Source of the DNA: a virus
Lineage: Duplodnaviria; Caudoviricetes
Length of the DNA stretch: 57,610 nucleotides
Strand: one strand, 5' to 3'
IMG/VR virus record: IMGVR_UViG_3300036832_001282
Location: 1 to 57,610 of that record
Shown here: piece after piece, positions 46,876 to 55,517 of the stretch
How the letters are laid out: each line of letters opens with the position of its first letter
Position numbering within the stretch: position 1 is the stretch's first letter
Made by a program: the position numbers and the translations under genes
Notes under the pieces: generated by a model
The model's input: only the letters and a program-made list of their open reading frames with translations
Told to the model about the DNA's origin: nothing
Database searches by the model: none

Positions 46876-49473
46876 TCAGTCCGATTTAGGTTCGTCGGGG
46901 AGCCCGCCAGTGATCACTGTCAGCCCGTCTTTAAACGACCCGATCATTCCCCATTTTGCCGCCTCGTGCCGCCGCTGCATTTCATCCAAAAGGCGCGCTT
47001 CCTTGTGCCGATTGGCAAAGCAGTACAGCTTGGTTTGAATCCCTCCGACGCGGATGCGGCAAGGCGATCCGGCGTCGGTTTTAAGCAGCCTGACGCAGGC
47101 ATCCCAGGCGCCTTCGAATGTGCCGCGCCATTGCTGCCATGACGTGCCGCGACCGCCGCTTATGATGTTCTCGATCTCACGCTCAACCTGCACCCTGGTG
47201 AACACGAGGCCGCGCGTGTCGTCTTCCGACAGATCGATCATCTCCTGCTCGACCTGGGAATACGAACGATCTATCATTTCGGTTTTGGCGGCGCTTTTCA
47301 GCGCGAGGTAAGGATCGAACTTTGTCAGATCGCGACGCTCAAGCCAGCGCGACAGTTCGGCAATGTTGCCGTCGTCGTCGATCCACGCAGCAAATGTTTT
47401 TGCTTCTTCTGGCAGTATCTCGCGGCCGTTGTTCAGCACGCTGAACCGCCGGTCGCCTGGAGGAATCGCGATGGCGTTGGCGTGATTGGTCGCCACCATC
47501 AGCGAACTGTAGGCATAACCGTCGAACGACGGTTTGTATTTGCCCTTGAACTTATAGCGTTTCAGCACCGGATCGGCTGCGTTCTTCAGCGCTTCATAGA
47601 TTGATTTGCGCTCGCCGCGCCGATGTGCGGTCGGTGATGTCATCGCTTCGTCGATGGTGACCAGAATCGAGCCGAACCGCCAGTCGGTATAGATCGCCTG
47701 ACTGCCGTTGCCTGCGATGATGTCGAAATCCTCGGCCTGGGTGTACTCCTCGCCGAACAGCTTATAGAGCACGCGAAACAGCATGCCGCGTCCGGTGCCG
47801 TAGCGTCCTTCGCGCCTGCCGTCTTCGGTGTCGGCCACGAAGATCACCGAGATGCCGGGTATCCATGGCTTGGCTTGCTTATGCGCCAGCGCGTCATAAA
47901 ACCACTCGCGTTCGGCCTGATCGGGCAGGAAGCGTTCCATGAACGTGACGAACGGCGCGATGTCGCCAGCGCCGCTATGCACTGGCTTGCGATAACGGTT
48001 CTTGTACAGCTTGCCGCCTTCGGCATAAGTCGGGAAGGTTTTATCCGGGCACATCCGCACCCCAGCCACGCCGATCCGGTTTTCATTTACTTCCCAGATG
48101 TCAGTGGCATGCAGATAAGTGATGCCGCCGCGCGGCCCTTTTTTCTCTTCGCGCCAGCTTCGATACTCGCGTTGAAACGCCACCGGTTTGATTCGGCAGC
48201 GCTCGTCAACCGTTTCAAACAGATCGACCACCATGTCAGTGCTGACTTCATAGCCGTAGCACTGCAACAGCCAGTTATATTTTTCCTGCATCGTGGCATT
48301 GTGTGGTGGACGTGGCGGTTTGATTTCGCCGCTGTTTGAACTGGCGCGCCAGTTGGTGCCGCCTTTTGGCAGCGCGATGCCAAGTTGTTCGGCGATCTGT
48401 TTCAGCTTTGCGCCGAACGCCGATGTGTCCAGCGGCTGCAGCTCGACCAGATAATGCCGGTCGTTGGTTTTCCAGTCCTTGATCATCGGGCAGTCAAAGC
48501 GTTTCGACCAGAACACGCTGCAGCGGTCCAGCCTGTCGGTCGTCACGCCTGCCACGAATGTCGGTGACACCCGTAAGTCTGATCGGGTGAATATCAGCGT
48601 TTCAAGATCGGTGTAGCTGATTTGTTGCTCGCCTTGGTACACATCGAACCGTGTAGCTTCATCGATATCAAATACATCTTCGCCGACGCCATCGCCTTCC
48701 GCATCGGCCTCATCGATCCTGATCCAACCTTGCTGTTCCGCCCATAGCTCGAATGCCGTCAATAATTCCAGCACCTGATCGCGGGTTATTTCCGGCAGTT
48801 GCGCTAACGGCGTATTCATCAAGGTCGGAAAATCATCGGCCCATGCATAACTGGTTTCGACCGCGCCATCGCTTGCGTAGCTACGCGGCCCATGAACTGC
48901 AAACTGTCTGGAGCAGTGCCCGCCACTGGTCGGCTTGCCACCGAATGTTTCGATCTGATGATAATGCTCTGCGGTTTCGTCCGGCCGATGATATTTGCGA
49001 CTGCCAAGGCGGACGAAATCATCACCGCTCAGCCGCACGAAGATCGCCATCTTGTCGCCGCCGCCATAGCGCGTAGGTCCGCGCTTGGCCACGTCCGGCA
49101 AATGCTGTGTCAGCCAGTCCAGCATGAACGTCGTGGCAGCGGCGTCATCGATATCGAAATCGAGCGCTGCCAGACCATGCTCGATGCGGACGCCGGTCGA
49201 TTCTGCATCCGGGTAGATTTTACCCCAGCGCTTGAGCTTCTTGGCGGTGTCGCCTTTGCCGCTTGGCTCGATGTTCTTGGCGGCATAGTCCTTGAGATTC
49301 CAACCTTTCAGTACAGGAATCTTGCCGCGATCGGGAATAGGTAAATATCCACACTCGAACAATCGCATCCGTGTCTGAAACACGTCGTCGTTGTCCGCCA
49401 CGGGTTTTGACTCCGCACGCATGATCAAAGGAAGCTGGAGACTTGAGGAATCAAGAAGGCGCGAATACGCCAC
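46876..49473 (-). CDS. Primase-helicase (bifunctional Prim-Pol N-terminus, SF3/DUF5906-like C-terminus)
   Basis: GYLPIP..GKIP...GW, STGVR..GLAALDFDIDD; GRYGTGRG, VTIDEA, MVATNH..AI....DRRF. Confidence 0.85.
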   Translation of the reverse strand: MAYSRLLDSSSLQLPLIMRAESKPVADNDDVFQTRMRLFECGYLPIPDRGKIPVLKGWNLKDYAAKNIEPSGKGDTAKKLKRWGKIYPDAESTGVRIEHGLAALDFDIDDAAATTFMLDWLTQHLPDVAKRGPTRYGGGDKMAIFVRLSGDDFVRLGSRKYHRPDETAEHYHQIETFGGKPTSGGHCSRQFAVHGPRSYASDGAVETSYAWADDFPTLMNTPLAQLPEITRDQVLELLTAFELWAEQQGWIRIDEADAEGDGVGEDVFDIDEATRFDVYQGEQQISYTDLETLIFTRSDLRVSPTFVAGVTTDRLDRCSVFWSKRFDCPMIKDWKTNDRHYLVELQPLDTSAFGAKLKQIAEQLGIALPKGGTNWRASSNSGEIKPPRPPHNATMQEKYNWLLQCYGYEVSTDMVVDLFETVDERCRIKPVAFQREYRSWREEKKGPRGGITYLHATDIWEVNENRIGVAGVRMCPDKTFPTYAEGGKLYKNRYRKPVHSGAGDIAPFVTFMERFLPDQAEREWFYDALAHKQAKPWIPGISVIFVADTEDGRREGRYGTGRGMLFRVLYKLFGEEYTQAEDFDIIAGNGSQAIYTDWRFGSILVTIDEAMTSPTAHRRGERKSIYEALKNAADPVLKRYKFKGKYKPSFDGYAYSSLMVATNHANAIAIPPGDRRFSVLNNGREILPEEAKTFAAWIDDDGNIAELSRWLERRDLTKFDPYLALKSAAKTEMIDRSYSQVEQEMIDLSEDDTRGLVFTRVQVEREIENIISGGRGTSWQQWRGTFEGAWDACVRLLKTDAGSPCRIRVGGIQTKLYCFANRHKEARLLDEMQRRHEAAKWGMIGSFKDGLTVITGGLPDEPKSD

Positions 49474-49797
49474 TCAAACCCGATTCGACAACCGTTGCAT
49501 CAGCCGGTCAATATCTTTCGTGGTCTTCAACACCTCGACCACAACGCCTAGGGCGGATAGTTTTTTGTGATACTGCCGCTGGTGCGGCGACAGCCGTCCA
49601 CCGCGCGGTCGCTTGAGTTCCACCAATACGATCACACCATTCGGCATAAAACAGATTCGATCTGGAAAACCTCGTTTTGTGCTTGACACCTTTTCACACA
49701 GACCGCCAATCGCTTCGACCCGCCGCACCAGTTCGGCCTCGATCGCTTTTTCCTGCTTGACAGCTGAAACCGATGCGCGCACTTTTGTCTCCAGCAA
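49474..49797 (-). CDS. VRR-NUC domain nuclease
   Basis: EKAIE..L...V...GG, GFPDRI, VELKRPRGGRLSPHQ. Confidence 0.9.
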   Translation of the reverse strand: MLETKVRASVSAVKQEKAIEAELVRRVEAIGGLCEKVSSTKRGFPDRICFMPNGVIVLVELKRPRGGRLSPHQRQYHKKLSALGVVVEVLKTTKDIDRLMQRLSNRV

Positions 49798-49845
49798 AGA
49801 ACAGACACAGACTTAAATAAACAAACACTAGAAGCGAAGTTAAAG

Positions 49846-51087
49846 ATGTCGAAGCATTCCAGCCTTGTCGGCGGCAGTAATGCTGGGCGCATTCTTTCGT
49901 GTCCCGCCAGCTATCAGACCACAGCGGCATTGCCGCCAAGCGCCGATGTCACCAGTCCATACGCCGAAGAAGGCACGCATCTGCATCATGTGATGGATCA
50001 CCTGATGCGAGCACGCCAATTGAATAATGATCTTGAACTTGGGCATTTTTCCGAATCGCTTGTCGGCAAGCATTTCTACGACCGTGAACTGATCGAGGAC
50101 CGGTTGGATGACGCGATCGGTCCTGCGCTGGACGCGCTCACCGATCTGGAGCATGAATACGGCGATGATTTCACCGTGTTCGGTGTCGAGCAGATCGTAC
50201 GTTTTGCAGGCATCCCAGGCGCTTTTGGCACCGCCGATTTGTTGCTCGGTTCACCCTCTCATCTGATTCTGGCCGACTGGAAATTTGGCGCTGGCGTGCC
50301 GGTCAGCGCCACCTATAGCAACGACCAAGGCGATGAGTTTGTTAACTCGCAATTGATGTTCTATCTGACTGCGGCCTACGGCAGTCTGAATAATTTATTT
50401 GGTAATCGTCAGATCATCGGTGCGATCATTCAGCCACGCACCAATACGCCGCTCACTCATACCGAAATTACTCGCGACGAACTGAGATATTTTGCGGAAG
50501 ATTTGGAAGCCGCCGTGATCGAGGCAGTCGGCCGCGAGCCGCGCCGTGCCAAAGGCGAGTGGTGCCGGTTTGCCGCCTGCAAGGTCACCTGCCCGTTATG
50601 GACCGGGCCATTGCTCGATCTCTCGGCGCTGGGTGTGCGCAAGCCCGAACCTCCCAAATCAACGGCTTATGGTGAATACCTCGCCGCTGCCAAGGCGCTG
50701 ATCGACATGCTGATTGTTTTCAAACCCACGCTGGATGAGCAGCTGCATAGTTTTCTTGAGGCAGGCGGCATCGTCCCCGGCTGGAAGCTCAAACACAAAA
50801 CCAAAAATCGTGCTTGGATCGACGAGACCGTTGTTGCACCTGCGCTGAAAAAGCTCGGCTTCACCAAGGACGAGATATGGCAAGCGCCCAAGCTGCAAAC
50901 TTTCAGCAGCACCGACGCCACCGCCAAGCGCCGCAACGTCGCCATCCCCGATCACTTGCGCGTCGCACCGCCAACTAACGAGACCACGATTGCCGCCGAC
51001 AGCGATCCGGCCCCGCCGGTCGAGCCTGCCAAGGCAGTCGCGAATTTTACGACCGCACTGAAGAAGCTGACAGCAAACATGAAATAG
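49846..51087 (+). CDS. DUF2800 / Cas4-like PD-(D/E)XK nuclease
   Basis: HS..GGS.A.R...CP.S, AEEGT.LH, VEQ, FGTAD, DWKFG.G..V, QLMFY, IIQPR, GEWCRFAACKVTCP. Confidence 0.85.
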   Translation: MSKHSSLVGGSNAGRILSCPASYQTTAALPPSADVTSPYAEEGTHLHHVMDHLMRARQLNNDLELGHFSESLVGKHFYDRELIEDRLDDAIGPALDALTDLEHEYGDDFTVFGVEQIVRFAGIPGAFGTADLLLGSPSHLILADWKFGAGVPVSATYSNDQGDEFVNSQLMFYLTAAYGSLNNLFGNRQIIGAIIQPRTNTPLTHTEITRDELRYFAEDLEAAVIEAVGREPRRAKGEWCRFAACKVTCPLWTGPLLDLSALGVRKPEPPKSTAYGEYLAAAKALIDMLIVFKPTLDEQLHSFLEAGGIVPGWKLKHKTKNRAWIDETVVAPALKKLGFTKDEIWQAPKLQTFSSTDATAKRRNVAIPDHLRVAPPTNETTIAADSDPAPPVEPAKAVANFTTALKKLTANMK

Positions 51088-51097
51088 GAGACAGGAT

Positions 51098-51832
51098 ATG
51101 GGTAATGTGACCAAGCTGCGTAGTACCGGTGTTGCCGATATGACGGCGTACGCCGCCAAGCTGGCGACCGGCATTGCCGAGAGCCGTGCCACGACTATCA
51201 TTCCCGGCGGCAAGCCGTTTCTGAAAATACTGAAGTCGCGTGAATGGGCGTTCGGCAGCAGCAATGATCCGGTGCAAACCGGCAGTCATTGGGTCATCAA
51301 CATTATGTCGTTGCAACACGGCTGGAGTTGCTGGCTCGAAAACGAGTTAAAGGGCGAGGTGCTGGCACCGATGACCGAACCAAAGCCGGTGCGGCCGGAC
51401 CCGATCATGGGCAAGGAATTCGCGGAAACGCGAGCATTCGATCTGAAGTGCATCGATGGCGATGATGCTGGCACTGAAGTAACTTACAAGAATTCCAGCA
51501 AAGGCTGCATCCGCGCTGTTGATGATCTGCTGGACATGATCTACAAGCAGCTTAACGAAAACCCGAATTATTCCTGCCCGGTGGTCACGCTCAACATCGA
51601 TTCATATCAACACTCCAAATGGAATGAGATTTTCACTCCGGTGTTTGATATCACCGGCTGGGCAGACATTTCCGGTAACCTGAGCCCTGATGAAGAGTTA
51701 GAAGCACTGCCTGAGCCAGAGCCAGAGCCAGCGCCAGCGCCAGCAGTAAAGAAAAAGCCGCCGCTGACAACGGCGCAACCGGCACCAACAGCGACCGCGC
51801 ACGCCGGTCAACGCCGCCGTCCTGGCCGTTAG
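51098..51832 (+). CDS. Putative ssDNA-binding/replication accessory protein
   Basis: Lies between the DUF2800-like nuclease and the polymerase; aromatic-rich beta pattern with an acidic/Pro tail; GGAG RBS. Confidence 0.55.
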   Translation: MGNVTKLRSTGVADMTAYAAKLATGIAESRATTIIPGGKPFLKILKSREWAFGSSNDPVQTGSHWVINIMSLQHGWSCWLENELKGEVLAPMTEPKPVRPDPIMGKEFAETRAFDLKCIDGDDAGTEVTYKNSSKGCIRAVDDLLDMIYKQLNENPNYSCPVVTLNIDSYQHSKWNEIFTPVFDITGWADISGNLSPDEELEALPEPEPEPAPAPAVKKKPPLTTAQPAPTATAHAGQRRRPGR

Positions 51833-51836
51833 CCCA

Positions 51837-54053
51837 ATGCAGCGTCGTGCCGAAACTGGTGCCACCTTCGCGCATGACGCCATTGGATTCTTGGATTTCG
51901 AAACTGTCAGCCGCACGCAGGAACTCAAAGCGGCTGGCACCTATCGCTATGCGGTCGAGGCCGACGCTATCATTGCCGCGTTCGCCATCGGCAACGCCCC
52001 GACGCGAACGATCGCGGTGACGGACTTTCCGGCTTCATTGCGCTGGTCCGACATGCCGGAAGATTTCCGCGCTCATCATCTCAGGGTGCAACGCGGTGAA
52101 GCGGTGTGGGCGGCCTGGAATGCCGGATTCGACAAGGCGATCTGGAATTACTGCACCGACTTTCCGCCGCTTGAGCCAGAGCACATCATCGACGTGATGG
52201 CGCAGGCTGCGGCCAGCGGCTTGGCACCTGATCTAAAACATGCAGCAAAACAGTGTGGAGCCGTAGCTAAACTTGAAACCGGCAGCGATCTGATAAAATT
52301 GTTTTGCATTCCGCTTGAACTTCGCAAGAGTGATATTCGCAAGCGCTATGGCGATGCCATAGCAACGCCGTTAACGCATCCTAACGAGTGGGCGCAATTC
52401 GTTGTCTATGCTGCCGCCGATATCGAGGCTATGCGCGGCGTGTTCATGCGCACCCGGCAATTGCCATGGCAGGAGTGGCAGCACTACTGGGCGAGCGAAC
52501 ACATCAACGAACGCGGTGCCACTATCGATCTTAAAATGGTCGCGCACGCCGCCAAGCTGGCGGAAGAGGACAAGTATCGATCCAAGAAAGAATTGCCATA
52601 TCTTACTGCAGGCGCGGTCAAGACCGTGGATCAAGTCAAGTGCATGACCGAGTGGCTGCTAAAACATCTGCCGGTAAACGGCCGTGATATTTTGATCAAA
52701 CGCGTACCTGAGATTGATGAAGAAACTGGTGTTGAGACGCGTCCGGCTAAAATGAGCCTGACGCGTAGACAAGTCGAGAAATTGATTGTGCTATTGCAGG
52801 CGCAACCAAATTTAGCGTCGGCGGAAGTGTTGCGTGTGCTGCAGCTGCGGTTGTACGGCGGAAGTAAAACTCCTGCTAAATTCAATCGTGTGCTTTGGCA
52901 ACACGTCGATGGCGTATTGTACGGTCAGTATGTTTTCAACGGCGCAGCGCATACCGGGCGCTATTCTTCGAAAGGCACACAAATTCACAACTTAGCTCGT
53001 GACGTGTTGGACAACGAGCCCGATCTGATCGACGCCGTGCTGAACGAATGCGATTATGATACGTTGCAACAACTCGGCACTAACGATCCGGTTGCGCGCA
53101 AGCTGGCATTGCTGATTCGCCCGATATTCGTTCCGCAACCAGATCATGTATTTGTTTGGAGCGACTGGTCGCAGATTGAAGCTCGCGTGCTGCCGTGGCT
53201 GGCTGGTGACGATACTCGCGCCATGGCGCGACTGGAGATTTTCAGCGATGTCGATAACGATCCGAGTTTGCCTGATCTTTACACTAGAACCGCCAGCGAC
53301 ATTTCCGGTTTGCCAATAGAACAAGTAACAAAACCAATTCGTCAGCGCGGTAAGGTTGCCGAATTGGCCTTGGGTTTTGGCGGCGGTGTCAATGCGCTAC
53401 TAAACATGGGCGTTAACTATGGCTTGCACCTAGAACCTGAAGAAGCCAAGCTGATCGTAGCGCGCTGGCGTGAGGCCAACCGATGGGCGGCCGACTTTTC
53501 CAGTGCGTTGTGGAACGCCATGCGCGAGGCGCATCGTTTTCAAAAGCAGTTTGTTCCTGCCGGTCGCGTTGGTTTTATCTTTCTCGGAGATTATCTTGGC
53601 GGCTCGATGTTGATGCGATTGCCGTCAGGGCGGCTGCTGACATACCGGGGCTTACGCTGGGAACAACTCGACGTGCTTGATGACGACGACCAGCCAACTG
53701 GCGAAAAAACTCTGGAGTTGACCTATGGACGTGGCCACGCCCGTGTCAAATTATGGGCCGGAATTTTAGTTGAAAATGCCACTCAAGCCTGCGCAGCAGA
53801 TTTTTTGCGCGGCACTTTGGTGCGGCTGATCGAGCATAAGTTCGATGTGCGCCTGCACACGCACGACGAGATCGTGTTGGAAGCTCGCGCGGCCGACGCC
53901 CGACAAGTCGCCGCCAAATTGCGCGCGATCATGCAACAGGGTTTTGACTGGTCGGAAGGTTTGCCACTGATGAGCGAGGAGACCATCGCCTACGGCTACA
54001 CCAAGCACGCTGGCAGTTACTGGCAAGAAGAATTAGTTGGTTCAGTCGGATGA
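51837..54053 (+). CDS. Phage DNA polymerase, family A
   Basis: Exo DFET, AWNAGFD, YAAADI; TGRYSS...Q.HNL; motif A DWSQIEARV; motif B RQRGKVAELALGFG; motif C HTHDEIV. Confidence 0.95.
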   Translation: MQRRAETGATFAHDAIGFLDFETVSRTQELKAAGTYRYAVEADAIIAAFAIGNAPTRTIAVTDFPASLRWSDMPEDFRAHHLRVQRGEAVWAAWNAGFDKAIWNYCTDFPPLEPEHIIDVMAQAAASGLAPDLKHAAKQCGAVAKLETGSDLIKLFCIPLELRKSDIRKRYGDAIATPLTHPNEWAQFVVYAAADIEAMRGVFMRTRQLPWQEWQHYWASEHINERGATIDLKMVAHAAKLAEEDKYRSKKELPYLTAGAVKTVDQVKCMTEWLLKHLPVNGRDILIKRVPEIDEETGVETRPAKMSLTRRQVEKLIVLLQAQPNLASAEVLRVLQLRLYGGSKTPAKFNRVLWQHVDGVLYGQYVFNGAAHTGRYSSKGTQIHNLARDVLDNEPDLIDAVLNECDYDTLQQLGTNDPVARKLALLIRPIFVPQPDHVFVWSDWSQIEARVLPWLAGDDTRAMARLEIFSDVDNDPSLPDLYTRTASDISGLPIEQVTKPIRQRGKVAELALGFGGGVNALLNMGVNYGLHLEPEEAKLIVARWREANRWAADFSSALWNAMREAHRFQKQFVPAGRVGFIFLGDYLGGSMLMRLPSGRLLTYRGLRWEQLDVLDDDDQPTGEKTLELTYGRGHARVKLWAGILVENATQACAADFLRGTLVRLIEHKFDVRLHTHDEIVLEARAADARQVAAKLRAIMQQGFDWSEGLPLMSEETIAYGYTKHAGSYWQEELVGSVG

Positions 54054-55447
54054 GACAAAAATCTGAGCTTCGTTCCGGCCAGCAGCATATCATCGACGCG
54101 TTGTACCAGAACAACGAGATGATCTGCGCCTTGCGCCCAGGCGGCGGCAAGACCATCGCCGCCTTGACCGCCATCGAGGAGCTTATCTGCCACGGTGAGA
54201 TCAGGCACGCTCTGGTGACCGCGCCGAAACGCGTGGCCAGGATCGTGTGGCCGGATGAATTGGAGACCTGGGAGAACACGAGCCGCTTGCGCTGCGCCGT
54301 GCTCAGCGCCGGTCCGGCCGAACGCAGCGTGCTGCTGCACGACGCGCCAAACCGCGATCTGACCATCTTCGGCCATGACATCATCGAGTGGCTCATCATG
54401 CAGATCGACAAACTGCCGTCCGATCATCCGTTGTTCGATTTGCTGGTGATCGATGAAATTTCCCGGTTTCGCAATCCGCGAGGCAAGCGCTACAAATTAT
54501 TATGCAAGCATATTCACCGCTGGCGCATGGTGTGGGGCTTGTCCGGCACCTTGCGGCCGTCGAGCGCCATGGATTTGTTCGGCCCGGTGCGCTTGGTATC
54601 ACGCGGCAAGCTCTGGGGCAGGAGCTTCTATCAATGGCAGAAGGAAAGATTTTTCCCAACTGATTACAACGGTTATAACTGGGAGCCGAAACCGGGCGCG
54701 GAAGATCGTATCAATGCCGAAATCGTCCCGTGGCTGGTCACCGCCGAGATACCGCAACTACCCGAACCGACGATCGTGCTTGACCGGCTCGAACTGCCGG
54801 AAGCAGCACGGCGCGAGTATAACCGGATGGAGCGCCGGTTGATTGCCGATATAGGCCAGAACGAGACCGTGATTGCCGACAGTCGCGCCATCGCGATCGG
54901 CAAACTGAGCCAGATGAGCAACGGTTTTATTTATTCTAGTGATAATTCAAAAACCGTACACGCGCTGCACGACGCCAAGCGTGATTGGCTGCGTGACCTG
55001 ATCGAGACTTCAACGTCACCGATGCTGCTGATCTACGAATTTCGTGAAGACCTGTCGATGCTGCGTGAGTTGCTTGGCGACAGCCTGCCGTATCTCGGCG
55101 CTGGTGTTTCCGACAAGCGCGCCGAACAGCACGTCAAGCGCTGGAACGAAGGCCGCCTGCCGTTCATGGCCTTGCACCCTGCCAGCGCCGCCCACGGCTT
55201 GAATCTGCAGCATGGCGGCGCGGACATGACATGGATCGCACCGACGTGGAATTCTGAATTATGGGAGCAAACTATTGCGCGGCTGCACCGCTCCGGTCAG
55301 ACTCGGCAAGTGGTGATTCGCGTCGGCATCGCCATCGGCACCATCGATGAAATGAAGCTCGATCGTGTGCATCTGAAGCTGTCGGCACAACAAAGCTTCG
55401 AGCGCTACGTCAGTCATCGTACTTTGAATCTGGCATCTGTAGACTGA
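54050..55447 (+). CDS. SNF2-family helicase
   Basis: PGGGKT, LVIDEIS, GLSGT, HPASAAHGLNLQ, QTIARLHRSGQ. Confidence 0.93.
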   Translation: MRQKSELRSGQQHIIDALYQNNEMICALRPGGGKTIAALTAIEELICHGEIRHALVTAPKRVARIVWPDELETWENTSRLRCAVLSAGPAERSVLLHDAPNRDLTIFGHDIIEWLIMQIDKLPSDHPLFDLLVIDEISRFRNPRGKRYKLLCKHIHRWRMVWGLSGTLRPSSAMDLFGPVRLVSRGKLWGRSFYQWQKERFFPTDYNGYNWEPKPGAEDRINAEIVPWLVTAEIPQLPEPTIVLDRLELPEAARREYNRMERRLIADIGQNETVIADSRAIAIGKLSQMSNGFIYSSDNSKTVHALHDAKRDWLRDLIETSTSPMLLIYEFREDLSMLRELLGDSLPYLGAGVSDKRAEQHVKRWNEGRLPFMALHPASAAHGLNLQHGGADMTWIAPTWNSELWEQTIARLHRSGQTRQVVIRVGIAIGTIDEMKLDRVHLKLSAQQSFERYVSHRTLNLASVD

Positions 55448-55479
55448 AAGGATCGTCAGTCGCGACACACCTCTGAAGT

Positions 55480-55512
55480 AAAAATGCCCGCACCTTGCGA
55501 TGCGAGCATTTT
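55480..55512 (-). terminator. Intrinsic terminator closing the array transcript
   Basis: Minus strand AAAATGCTCGCATC-GCAA-GGTGCGGGCATTTTT: GNRA loop, and two G-U pairs valid only on the minus strand. May also stop the convergent helicase transcript. Confidence 0.8.
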
Positions 55513-55517
55513 CATTT

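Noticed and set aside
49846-51087. Cas4-like nuclease as part of the array system
   Set aside because: It lies in the standard DUF2800-SSB-PolA-SNF2 replication block; nothing links it to the array.
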